Assembly: GCA_964595645.1 (NCBI GenBank)
Contig: CAZQQT010000002.1
Span: forward strand, 8,703 to 40,702
From: an uncultured Thermococci archaeon
Lineage (GTDB): Archaea > Methanobacteriota_B > Thermococci > Methanofastidiosales > B48-G16
Reading direction: 5' to 3'
DNA: 32,000 nucleotides
Made by a program: the position numbers and the translations under genes
Shown: positions 8,026 to 16,351 of the stretch, one piece after another
Layout: each line of letters begins with the position of its first letter
How positions within the stretch are numbered: the stretch's first letter is position 1
Notes under the pieces: model-generated
Seen by the model: the letters and a program-made list of their open reading frames with translations, nothing else
Database searches by the model: none
What the model was told of the DNA's origin: nothing

Positions 8026-9321
8026 TTACCCAAGTTTATGCTGAACCGAGGGAACGTACGAAGACACTCTTTCAACTTTGTAATCCTCTTCAAGCTCTGT
8101 TTTTATTTGATTCACAGGTGCACCCAGTTTTATTTCTTTTGTTCTTCCATATCTTCCCTTATTCACAATCTGTGCATTGATAATTCCGAGCATGTCCAGC
8201 TCCGAGACGAGATCGGATACCCTCCGCTGTGTCAGTATATCCTGACCTGAAATTCTACATAAATCTTTGTATACTGAGTACACATCGCCTGTAATAATAG
8301 TTGAGGTGTTGTACTGCTCTAGGAGTACTACCGCATAAAGCACTAATTTACTCTGTGTAGGGAGTGTCCGTATCACCTCAATTACTCTGTCACTCTCAAT
8401 TTTCACTTTCGCTTCTTTCACATGTCGCTCCTCTACCCTTTTCGCATTTTCACGCTCTGTGAGTTCCGCCGAAGTTCGCAGGAGATCGAGTGCCCTCCTC
8501 GCATCCCCGTGTTCCTGCGCGGCGAGGGCAGCACATAACTCAACAACGCCGGATCCCACAGTCTCGGGATAAAAAGCCTCGGATATTCTCTGTTTGAGAA
8601 TATCTACAAGCTGCACAGCATCGTAAGGTGGAAATATCAACTCCTCCTCACCCAAAGAACTTCTTATTCGAGGATCAAGGAATTCTATAAAGTTTAAATC
8701 GTTAGAGATACCGATAACACTTATCTTTGCATTATGAAGATCTGTATTCATTCTCGTCAGATTGTACAGTATATCTTCACTGGATTTTTTGAGGAGCCTA
8801 TCGATCTCATCAAGTACAACGACGACAAGACGTTCTGAACTATCCAGCGCGTTAAAAAATGTATCATATACTTTATCTGTGGGCCATCCTGTAAGCGGAA
8901 CGGATTCACCGAGGTACTCACAAAGCTTTGCGAGCATCCGGTACTGGGTGTCAACAACTTCACAGTTCACGTAGATACAGTATACTGGGATATTTCCATT
9001 ATTGTTCTTTTCAAAGTTCGGTTTTCTTCCATTAGTATAAGAACTTGAATAGAATTTTCCTCCTATTTTCTCTACGAGTGCTTTACCAACGTACTTTACT
9101 ACAGCAGTTTTTCCTGTACCCGTTTTTCCATAAACAAGTACGTTTGAAGGTGTTTCTCCCCTGAACGTCGACATGAGTGGTAACACCAGATCCTCTACCT
9201 GATCGTCCCGGTGAGGAAGTACTTCTGGCATGTACGTATGCCGTAGTTTATCTTTATTTTTGATGACTGATTTCTTATTGATACACCGATCAAACAGTTC
9301 TTCAAGACTATGTTGCTTCAT
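8026..9321 (-). CDS. orc1: Orc1/Cdc6 replication initiator
   Basis: Motifs: PEVLPHRDDQ, Walker A GKTGTGKT, Walker B VVVLDEID, sensor regions and a C-terminal winged-helix-like region. The ORF-track start at 9378 is a GTG that overlaps the ORB element. The ATG at 9321 lies 27 nt downstream of a TATAAAA box (9345-9351), which suggests a leaderless start. Confidence 0.9.
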   Translation of the reverse strand: MKQHSLEELFDRCINKKSVIKNKDKLRHTYMPEVLPHRDDQVEDLVLPLMSTFRGETPSNVLVYGKTGTGKTAVVKYVGKALVEKIGGKFYSSSYTNGRKPNFEKNNNGNIPVYCIYVNCEVVDTQYRMLAKLCEYLGESVPLTGWPTDKVYDTFFNALDSSERLVVVVLDEIDRLLKKSSEDILYNLTRMNTDLHNAKISVIGISNDLNFIEFLDPRIRSSLGEEELIFPPYDAVQLVDILKQRISEAFYPETVGSGVVELCAALAAQEHGDARRALDLLRTSAELTERENAKRVEERHVKEAKVKIESDRVIEVIRTLPTQSKLVLYAVVLLEQYNTSTIITGDVYSVYKDLCRISGQDILTQRRVSDLVSELDMLGIINAQIVNKGRYGRTKEIKLGAPVNQIKTELEEDYKVERVSSYVPSVQHKLG

Positions 9322-9344
9322 CTCTATGTGTGTAAGACTGGGCC

Positions 9345-9351
9345 TATAAAA
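9345..9351 (-). promoter_or_regulatory. TATA box of orc1 (TTTTATA on the minus strand)
   Basis: The sequence is cctTTTTATAgg on the minus strand, centred about 27 nt upstream of the ATG at 9321. ORB1 lies immediately upstream of it. Confidence 0.45.
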
Positions 9352-9357
9352 GGTTTT

Positions 9358-9382
9358 ACCCGACCCCTCTGTTTCCACTGGA
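9358..9382 (-). repeat. Origin recognition box ORB1 (minus-strand reading TCCAGTGGAAACAGAGGGGTCGGGT)
   Basis: It contains the dyad core TCCAGTGGAAA plus a downstream GGGGT G-string. It matches ORB2 at most positions when the two are aligned by eye. Confidence 0.7.
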
Positions 9383-9528
9383 GAAAGTTTATTTTTAGCG
9401 GTTGTGAAGAAATTCGACGATTCTCGGTCCGTTTCTCTCTATGGTAAATCATATATACCTGTAATAAGAGAAGCTTTGAGGTCTATTATCATTTATTATT
9501 ATTTAAACTCATAGGAAATTATCAATAG

Positions 9529-9553
9529 TTCCAGTAGAAATACTGGGGTGGGT
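9529..9553 (+). repeat. Origin recognition box ORB2 (TTCCAGTAGAAATACTGGGGTGGGT)
   Basis: It has the same core and G-string architecture as ORB1, in the opposite orientation. Confidence 0.7.
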
Positions 9554-9631
9554 CTTCATCATCTTCAGAAGTGTTATAGAGAAAATATTAAAAGAAAGAC
9601 TTAAAAAGTGACTATTCCCTATAAGTAGACA

Positions 9632-9705
9632 GGGCCGTTAGCTCAGTCTGGTAGAGCAGCAGGCTCTTAACCTGCTAGCCGGGGGTTCGAATCCCTCACG
9701 GCCCG
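9632..9705 (+). tRNA. tRNA-Lys (anticodon CUU)
   Basis: Cloverleaf folded by hand. Acceptor GGGCCGT/ACGGCCC; D arm GCTC-AGTCTGGTA-GAGC; anticodon arm GCAGG-CTCTTAA-CCTGC, with CTT at 9666-9668. Variable loop TAGCC; T arm GGGGG-TTCGAAT-CCCTC; discriminator G. No CCA is encoded. Confidence 0.9.
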
Positions 9706-9720
9706 TTTCTTATGTGTTAT

Positions 9721-10242
9721 TCAATATACTATTTTTACTTTCCAGACGGTATACTCGTATGTATCGTAGTAAATATTCCGAAAGAAGAAATAATTGAGAA
9801 GTTTCTCAGATTTCTCAAAATAGTAATTCACTCTCACACCCTCTCCAGGACCGAGAGAGGACGGTTCATCAGGGATCTGGGATGAAGTTCGCCAGATGAT
9901 TTCATACTTTTTGAGAGCGAGCACATTTCCCCCTCTATCTTCTATAAATACATCAGTTAAGGTTATCGGCCGGGTAATATCTGAGATGTTCTTGAAGAAT
10001 ACGTTCATTCCTGTTGAGTTTGTTTCTGTGAAGGTATAATGTGTTGTTACTCCAATTCTCCCATCATCTGTGTAGTCCTTTAACTCACATTCGATTCTCT
10101 TCCCCTCAAGTTGCACCTTAGTTTCTTGTGGAGGTTCAGTTTTTGTGCTGTTCGTCGTTGTTTCCGGGGTTTCTGGAAAGAAAAGTAACCCAACAACAAT
10201 GAGTGCAGCAATACAGATCGTGAGTATCACAGCATTTCTCAT
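9721..10242 (-). CDS. Hypothetical membrane-anchored/secreted protein
   Basis: It has an N-terminal hydrophobic segment (AVILTICIAALIVVGLLFF), then a T/P/E-rich linker and a beta-rich domain. I recognise no family. Confidence 0.6.
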   Translation of the reverse strand: MRNAVILTICIAALIVVGLLFFPETPETTTNSTKTEPPQETKVQLEGKRIECELKDYTDDGRIGVTTHYTFTETNSTGMNVFFKNISDITRPITLTDVFIEDRGGNVLALKKYEIIWRTSSQIPDEPSSLGPGEGVRVNYYFEKSEKLLNYFFFRNIYYDTYEYTVWKVKIVY

Positions 10243-10332
10243 ACTTCCTATAGGATCTCTCTCTTTAAAAATTCTTTCTCATTCTTAAGAAACACCATTA
10301 ATTTTTTAAATTACATAAAAATATAAGTACAC

Positions 10333-11481
10333 ATGGAAAATAAGCAATTGGTGTGGGTGGCGCTGACAGCATCTGCAATTGGTCTGATATCCCTTTTAAT
10401 ACTCTCTGTTACAATGGAACCGGAGATAGTCTCCTCCCATCCTGAGGAACATGTGGGTGAGTATGTTGTACTTCAGGGTGTTGTTTCTCACACGTACGAG
10501 AAGTTCTTTGTGGTACATGGTGTGGAAGTATTTTCGGTGGACGAGATAGAAAGAGGAGATTATGTGGTTGTGAGAGGAACCTTAGAAAACACACCGAAAA
10601 AGTATGTAGATCGAGGTTTTCCTAAGTACCAACTGTACCCTGAGGATCTTGAGCATTATGTTCGTGGCATTTCGTTTTTTCCATGCTACGTAGAAAACCA
10701 TACTGTGAGTACAGTTAATGGAAGGTTTCAGTTTGATCGTTCCTTCTCATTTACCGGGTTTGGCGGAGTTCTTGGAGAATTAAAGGATAAAAATTTAATT
10801 ATAAGAGATATATTTCCTCTTCAGTCTGCGTTCATTGAAGGAAAAGTAAGAAAAGACGATGATCAATTTTATATTGGTGATACAAGACTTGTTCTCCCAG
10901 AAAACATTACTCCAGAATTTGGAGATAACCTCAAATGCTACGGATTAGCAGATGAAGAATTCCTCTGCCTCTACTGTCAGAACACAGGAAAATCGATAGA
11001 GAAAATATCCAATTTCATACCCCATAACGTCTACACAGTCAAAGGAGGGGTGGTGTCAAGGAGGTATTACTATGACGGGCACTTGATTACTCTTGAAGAT
11101 GCTACGGGAAAGGTCACTGCCTTCGTGGAGACTCCGGTATATTATGGGTACACTGTTGAAGTTTCTGGCATTTATGAAGAGTTCCGTGGGACATACATGC
11201 TTCGAGGGGAGGCTACGGTGATCTCCAATAAGATCCACCGCTACGATCTTGCTGAAGAACTACCACAAGGTACTTTCTGGGCGAAGGGAACGGTAAAAAA
11301 GGTAGAAGATGTGCGAGGGCACCTCTATTTATATATGGAGGGACACAAAATATCTGTGTATGCTGACACTGTAAAGGACCTTCAGGACCATGGAATCGAT
11401 CTCTTCAATTCTCGAGGATCAACGCTCACTGTACTCCTCGAACATTCCGACGACCTGATCCTTGTGGACGTGAGAAAATGA
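10333..11481 (+). CDS. Hypothetical N-terminally membrane-anchored protein with repeated OB-fold-like modules
   Basis: It has an N-terminal TM segment (VWVALTASAIGLISLLILSV). Four segments then show an OB-like beta pattern: EYVVLQGVVSH...VVVRGTLE; AFIEGKVRKD...LKCYGLAD; VYTVKGGVVSR..ITLEDATGKVTAFVE..VEVSGIYE; TFWAKGTVKKV..LYLYMEG. Its stop overlaps the pth2 start as ATGA. Confidence 0.65.
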   Translation: MENKQLVWVALTASAIGLISLLILSVTMEPEIVSSHPEEHVGEYVVLQGVVSHTYEKFFVVHGVEVFSVDEIERGDYVVVRGTLENTPKKYVDRGFPKYQLYPEDLEHYVRGISFFPCYVENHTVSTVNGRFQFDRSFSFTGFGGVLGELKDKNLIIRDIFPLQSAFIEGKVRKDDDQFYIGDTRLVLPENITPEFGDNLKCYGLADEEFLCLYCQNTGKSIEKISNFIPHNVYTVKGGVVSRRYYYDGHLITLEDATGKVTAFVETPVYYGYTVEVSGIYEEFRGTYMLRGEATVISNKIHRYDLAEELPQGTFWAKGTVKKVEDVRGHLYLYMEGHKISVYADTVKDLQDHGIDLFNSRGSTLTVLLEHSDDLILVDVRK

Positions 11482-11822
11482 AACAGGTTATCGTTATCAG
11501 AATGGATTTAACACTTGGCAAGGGAAAAACAGCAGCCCAAGCAGCCCATGCATCGTTGCAGTCCGCAGAAAAATGCAGGAAGCGGCATCCCGATGTGTAT
11601 AAAAAATGGGAGTGGGAGGGACAGAAAAAGGTTGTCCTCGAAATAGAAACAGAGGAGGAACTTTTACATCTTTATGAACAGGTAAAAAGCAAAATTCCAG
11701 CAGCACTTGTGAAGGATGCAGGACTGACGCAGGTTCCACCAGAAACTGTAACGTGTGTGGGAATTGGACCGTGGGAGGATGAGGAGATCGATCGATACAC
11801 CGGTGACCTACGCCTCTTATAA
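11478..11822 (+). CDS. pth2: Peptidyl-tRNA hydrolase, archaeal type (Pth2)
   Basis: Motifs: KQVIVIRMDLTLGKGKTAAQAAHAS and VKDAGLTQVPPETVTCVGIGP. The length of 114 aa is typical for PTH2. Confidence 0.9.
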   Translation: MKQVIVIRMDLTLGKGKTAAQAAHASLQSAEKCRKRHPDVYKKWEWEGQKKVVLEIETEEELLHLYEQVKSKIPAALVKDAGLTQVPPETVTCVGIGPWEDEEIDRYTGDLRLL

Positions 11823-11957
11823 TCCTGTGAGAGTATCTATTCCTTTTACTCCCTGCCTTAATGAAACAACCCATGAACAATAGATAGTATCTTCCGTGTT
11901 TCTTCTTGGGAGCATTCCACAAAGGAGAGATCACGGTGTGCTATAAATCAATTACGG

Positions 11958-12428
11958 TTATATCAGCTCTACCACCTTCTCGAACGTCGTGGCTTCCCGT
12001 GCTCGGAGGATCTTCTCGCAGAGATCTAGTATCTTTTTATGATTGAACTTCTTCCCTTTTCCTATCCCCTTACAGCTTTCATCTACATAAAGATATACTT
12101 CTTTCCCATTTTTTAGATAGTAAGGTACATTTTTCTCTAGAATAGGGATTTCTGAGAATGCGATTGGGTACAATCTACATAAAAGGGGTTTTATCTTATG
12201 AATTTTACATTTAGTATCGTGGAGGAACACACATCCGTTATCCCACTCCCGCCGATCGATTACAAGCTTTTTATTATTCCAGATAAGGAGCACGTCTTCT
12301 GCCGGTGTTTTTTCATTGATTTGAAGAATATCTCTCAATGTTAATGGTACCCATCTGTTCTTACAGCACTCCCCACATACCTGACATTGAAACCGTTGAT
12401 CCTTTAATGGTACTAGTTTTTCTTTCAT
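11958..12428 (-). CDS. YkgJ/UPF0153-type cysteine-cluster (putative Zn/Fe-chelating) protein
   Basis: It carries the N-terminal CQVCGECCKN (CxxCxxCC) motif plus later Cys residues (C..C..H, CRLYP). Its ATG (12428) directly abuts the prs stop codon (12429-12431). Confidence 0.75.
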   Translation of the reverse strand: MKEKLVPLKDQRFQCQVCGECCKNRWVPLTLRDILQINEKTPAEDVLLIWNNKKLVIDRREWDNGCVFLHDTKCKIHKIKPLLCRLYPIAFSEIPILEKNVPYYLKNGKEVYLYVDESCKGIGKGKKFNHKKILDLCEKILRAREATTFEKVVELI

Positions 12429-13289
12429 CTACAGTATAACTCTCAATTCTTCCTTGATGAGAGGAGCGACACTAATCGTTGCGTACTTATGCGGGATTGT
12501 ATCAGTCCCAATGATCTTGTCTATTCCTGCTTCTTCGAACTTCTCTTCTGCGTTACCTACCATCAGGAGATGGGTGGCAGCGGCCAGTACCTTTCGTGTA
12601 CCTTCTTTCTTCAGAATTTCACACGCCTTTATCATCGTCCCTCCGGTTGATATCATATCGTCGACTATCACTACATCTCTTCCCGTTGTGTCGATGTTTT
12701 TTGGTTTTGTCTCTACCTCTTCTCCAGAAATTCTCTTTTTCTCGAGATAGTCATACTCATAGCCCAGAATTTCTGCCACTCTCTCTGCAATGTCTATAGC
12801 TCCCTTATCCGGTGAAATAATCACAGGTTCTCTCAAATCCTCTTTTTTAAGGTGTCTTCCAATGACTGAGGTGGCTGTTACGTTTTTTGCCTCTGTCTTG
12901 ATGTGTCTCAGCAGTTTTTCTTCGTGAACGTTGACAGTATAAAAACTTTTTAACTTAAATGAGTTGATAATTCGCAGGATTGTTTTTGAGGATACGCACT
13001 CATACTCTTTGAACCGTTTGTCTTGACGTGCGTAGGCGAGGTACGGCACGAACAGATGAATATCCACCCCAAGTTCTCTACAGGCATCAAGCATAAAGAA
13101 AAGTTGCATTAAATGTTTATCCTGTGGCGAGTAGAGAGATTGAACGATAAGGATCTCTTCGATCTGCTTGATTTTTTCTTCAAATCTGATATACATCTCT
13201 CCATCAGGAAACTCTTGATACTCTATCCCTATTCTTTCGTACGGCAGTTTTTCGATTATCGAGTCTGAGGAGATTCCAGCTACATACAT
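12429..13289 (-). CDS. prs: Ribose-phosphate pyrophosphokinase (PRPP synthetase)
   Basis: It has the PRPP-binding loop VVIVDDMISTGGTM, the YARQDKRF flexible-loop motif and SPDKGA. Length is 286 aa. Confidence 0.9.
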   Translation of the reverse strand: MYVAGISSDSIIEKLPYERIGIEYQEFPDGEMYIRFEEKIKQIEEILIVQSLYSPQDKHLMQLFFMLDACRELGVDIHLFVPYLAYARQDKRFKEYECVSSKTILRIINSFKLKSFYTVNVHEEKLLRHIKTEAKNVTATSVIGRHLKKEDLREPVIISPDKGAIDIAERVAEILGYEYDYLEKKRISGEEVETKPKNIDTTGRDVVIVDDMISTGGTMIKACEILKKEGTRKVLAAATHLLMVGNAEEKFEEAGIDKIIGTDTIPHKYATISVAPLIKEELRVIL

Positions 13290-13331
13290 ATTCTACACCA
13301 GCCCTTACTATTGAATAATGTATTAATAAAT

Positions 13332-13961
13332 TTATCCCTTCTCTTCCAGTAAGCTTTTTACTCTTTTTCTCCTGAAAAAGTCCTCCCTCTCCCTCTCTTC
13401 TAACTGAAACTGGATAAACTTTTTTTGCCGCTTTAGTTTAGGGAGTATTACATACTCCAGCGCATTTACCCTCCTATTTGTCTTTTCAATTTCTTTCGCC
13501 AAGAGTTTTACCGACTTCTCTATTTCTCCAAGTCTCACTATTTTCTCTAATATGTCCTTAAATGCATCGTAGGTTTCATCTAAAAGCGTGGAGGAGGTAT
13601 AGAGGTTGTAGCCCCGTTCGGTGAGATCTTCATTCATTCCTTTCAGATTGATCAGCGGAACGGTCACCCCCATAATATTTTTCTCCTTTACCTCGATTTT
13701 CGGTTCTTGGGTATCAGGAAGTACCGATGCTAGATCTTCTACATTTCTATCTACCATTTTTAGTTTCATGTAGAGGGTGAAGGCATCGTTGAGTTCCCTG
13801 TTTACCTCTCTCCGTAAATACTTTTGATCCTCGTAAATACTGAAGAACTCCATCACGAGCACTTCTCTTTTTTCTTTGAGGATCCTATGTCCTCTTTCCG
13901 CTAATGAAATTCTCCTATTCAGTTTTAAAAGGGCTGAACGTGTCGGTTTTACCTCTTTCAA
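13332..13961 (-). CDS. atpD: A/V-type ATP synthase subunit D
   Basis: The N-terminus [32 protein letters not shown] is typical of subunit D. The only in-frame start is the TTG at 13961-13959, which overlaps the atpB stop TGA (13960-13958) as TTGA. Confidence 0.88.
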   Translation of the reverse strand: MKEVKPTRSALLKLNRRISLAERGHRILKEKREVLVMEFFSIYEDQKYLRREVNRELNDAFTLYMKLKMVDRNVEDLASVLPDTQEPKIEVKEKNIMGVTVPLINLKGMNEDLTERGYNLYTSSTLLDETYDAFKDILEKIVRLGEIEKSVKLLAKEIEKTNRRVNALEYVILPKLKRQKKFIQFQLEEREREDFFRRKRVKSLLEEKG

Positions 13962-15337
13962 TGCGTTTCACCTTTATAGTACTTATCAATATGCTCAGGA
14001 TCAATTCTTTTCAGATTTGACTCGGGGAACTCCGAGAGCAGGTTCCAGCCAAGCTCCAGGGTCTCTTCGATTGTTCTATCTTCTTCTTTCCCTTGATTCA
14101 CAAAGTTCTCTTCAAACTTATCTGCAAATTCGAGGTATTTCTTATCAGATTTACTTAGGGCTTCTTCCCCCACCACGGCAACGAGATCTCGTAGCTCCTT
14201 CCCTTCGGCATAAGCGGCAAAAAGCTGTGACGCAAGATCGGAGTGGTCCTCTCTTGTTCTCCCTTCACCAATTCCTTTCTGCATCAATCGAGAGAGTGAG
14301 AGTGATACCTCAATAGGAGGGTAAATTCCCTTTCTATGGAGGTCTCGAGAGAGAATTGTCTGCCCTTCTGTGATATATCCGGTAAGATCGGGAATGGGAT
14401 GGTTGATGTCGTCATCAGGCATGGTGAGTATCGGCATCTGCGTGATACTCCCTTTCTTTCCCTTGATCCTCCCGGCACGCTCATAAATAGACGCTAGGTC
14501 GGTGTACATGTACCCAGGATATCCTCGTCGTGCAGGTATCTCCTCTCGTGCTGCAGAGATCTCCCGTAAGGCCTCACAGTAGTTGGTCATATCGGTGAGA
14601 ATGACGAGTACATGCATATCCTTTTCAAATGCGAGATACTCCGCACAGGTCAGAGCGGTTCGCGGAGTGATGAACCGCTCGATAGTGGGATCATCGGCTA
14701 GATTCAGGAACATTATTACACGTTCCAGTGCCCCTGTTTTTTCGAAGTTATCGGTGAAGAAATTCGCCTCTTCAAAGGTAATACCCATTGCCGCGAATAT
14801 TACACTGAATTCCTCCTCCTGACCGAGTACCTTTGCCTGTCGGGCTATCTGTGCAGCGACTTCATTATGAGGAAGTCCAGATCCCGAGAAGATAGGGAGT
14901 TTCTGTCCCCGGACAAGGGTGTTCATTCCATCGATAGTGGAGATTCCGGTCTGGATAAAATCTCGTGGATATTCCCGGGCGTAGGGGTTAATAGGTGCCC
15001 CGTTGATATCTCGTTCCTCTTCAGGGATTATCTCAGGACCTTCAATCGGCTTTCCTGTTCCTGTGAATACTCTTCCAAGCATATCTTCAGACACAGGGAG
15101 CTTTATCGGTTCTCCAGTGAATCTTACACGCGTACTATCTGTGTCAAGGCCTGTCGTCCCTTCAAATACCTGTATGACAGCTGTATCAGTGGAGGTCTCC
15201 AGGACCTGGCCAAGTCGCGTCTCACCGTCGGAGACGACGATCTCGACTACCTCTCCGTATCCCACGTTTTCCACCTTTTCAACGACCATCAACGGTCCCG
15301 AGATCTCTTTTATGGTTGAATACTCCTTGAGCTTCAT
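13958..15337 (-). CDS. atpB: A/V-type ATP synthase subunit B
   Basis: The similarity pattern is full length: [38 protein letters not shown]-like [21 protein letters not shown]. The ORF-track start at 15346 is a GTG, so I chose the ATG at 15337 (MKLKEYSTI). A TTTTTATA box on the minus strand (about 15376-15383) gives the gene its own promoter. Confidence 0.92.
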   Translation of the reverse strand: MKLKEYSTIKEISGPLMVVEKVENVGYGEVVEIVVSDGETRLGQVLETSTDTAVIQVFEGTTGLDTDSTRVRFTGEPIKLPVSEDMLGRVFTGTGKPIEGPEIIPEEERDINGAPINPYAREYPRDFIQTGISTIDGMNTLVRGQKLPIFSGSGLPHNEVAAQIARQAKVLGQEEEFSVIFAAMGITFEEANFFTDNFEKTGALERVIMFLNLADDPTIERFITPRTALTCAEYLAFEKDMHVLVILTDMTNYCEALREISAAREEIPARRGYPGYMYTDLASIYERAGRIKGKKGSITQMPILTMPDDDINHPIPDLTGYITEGQTILSRDLHRKGIYPPIEVSLSLSRLMQKGIGEGRTREDHSDLASQLFAAYAEGKELRDLVAVVGEEALSKSDKKYLEFADKFEENFVNQGKEEDRTIEETLELGWNLLSEFPESNLKRIDPEHIDKYYKGETH

Positions 15338-15400
15338 GGTGATCACTTTCTCATACTGTGGCTCGTATAAAAAGGTTTTCTCGCTGTTTTAAGATTCTCC

Positions 15401-16351
15401 TTAAGGAAGCTGTACGCACTGGAGGATCTCTCCTAGAGTATAAGTGACCGCAATTGAAATGAAAAATGCTGATATCCATGCCCCTCCAGTAAAGATCAGT
15501 TTCCTTTTCCCTATATTTTTTTTACCGATTACCAGTCCACTACCAATAATTGACATGATTATCGCTTCATTGAAGGATATTGGTATACCGAAGAAGATCC
15601 CAATCTGTGCCAAAATCGCCGCCGTTCCAAGGGCTGCTACCGATCTTCGAGGACCTATATTTGAATATTCAAAGGATACTGCATCAATAATTTTAGGAGA
15701 AAAGACTAAGGCACCAACGAGAATTGAAGCCCCACCCATAACCAGAAGAATAATCATGGGACTGTCAAGTGATTGAAGAGGACCTACTGCGAGGCCCACA
15801 GAGTTAGCACCAGAGGTATATGCTACGAAAAGTCCCATCATCAAGGTAAGATATTTTATCGGGGTTTTTGTTTTTTCTTTATCGAGAAAATACCTTAGAC
15901 TCTTTGAAAAAATATAGCTGATTCCCAGGGCTAAAAAGGGGATCAATATCCAATAAAGTACTATTGTTCGAACTGACAAAACTTGTATCGAATTTCCAAA
16001 GCTAAGCGCACTACCTATCACTGCTCCCACTATAGTAAACGCAGTTGGCATGGGATACTTTGTAATTACACTTGCGATAACTAATATAGATGATACTAAT
16101 AAAATAGCAAAAGCTTGAAGCGTAGATATACCTCCATAGACAATACCTGAACTAATTGTAGTTGTTACGTTGCTGCCCTGCAGGATTGCTCCTAGTGCAG
16201 CGGCTAGTCCGGCCAGCAAAGCAGACCGTAATACCCCTGAGGATCTAGATGATGTGACTGGACCGAAGGCCGGAGGCGCTGCAGAAGCACCAATTGAAAT
16301 ACTCATAAAAATAGCAGTTATAATGGCTAACACTGCAATTAAATCGATCAT
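15401..16351 (-). CDS. PiT (PHO4)-family-like transporter with degenerate signature motifs
   Basis: It is a polytopic membrane protein of 316 aa with two homologous halves. YPMPTAFTIVGAVIGSAL and GIPISFNEAIIMSIIGSGL match the PiT pattern G-l-P-v-S-T-T-h-x-x-v-G-a-v-i-G. The positions of the GANDVAN signature read GASAAPP and GANSVGL. Confidence 0.7.
   Translation of the reverse strand: MIDLIAVLAIITAIFMSISIGASAAPPAFGPVTSSRSSGVLRSALLAGLAAALGAILQGSNVTTTISSGIVYGGISTLQAFAILLVSSILVIASVITKYPMPTAFTIVGAVIGSALSFGNSIQVLSVRTIVLYWILIPFLALGISYIFSKSLRYFLDKEKTKTPIKYLTLMMGLFVAYTSGANSVGLAVGPLQSLDSPMIILLVMGGASILVGALVFSPKIIDAVSFEYSNIGPRRSVAALGTAAILAQIGIFFGIPISFNEAIIMSIIGSGLVIGKKNIGKRKLIFTGGAWISAFFISIAVTYTLGEILQCVQLP

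Larger units (their letters stand above)
9358..9553. other. Predicted chromosomal replication origin (oriC): two inverted ORB elements flanking an AT-rich unwinding region
   Basis: ORB1 (9358-9382, minus) and ORB2 (9529-9553, plus) both have their cores facing a 146-bp spacer. By my hand count the spacer is about 30% G+C, and its right half (for example ATTATCATTTATTATTATTTAAACTCAT) is lower. The region sits directly upstream of orc1/cdc6, the canonical archaeal arrangement. Confidence 0.7.

Noticed and set aside
9322-9378. N-terminal extension of orc1 to the GTG at 9378 (METEGSGKTFYRPSLTHIE)
   Set aside because: The GTG lies inside ORB1, and the extension would run through the TATA box at 9345-9351. 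The ATG at 9321 has leaderless geometry. I kept it as an alternative only.
9556-9580. C/D-box sRNA-like motifs on the minus strand (CTGA followed by ATGATGA) next to ORB2
   Set aside because: There is no upstream C box or downstream D box at the required spacing, and no terminal stem. The motif pair is most likely chance.
9706-11481. An integrated element at tRNA-Lys, and similarly at tRNA-Val (25071 onward)
   Set aside because: I see no integrase, no direct repeat of the tRNA 3' end, and no phage or plasmid genes downstream of either tRNA.
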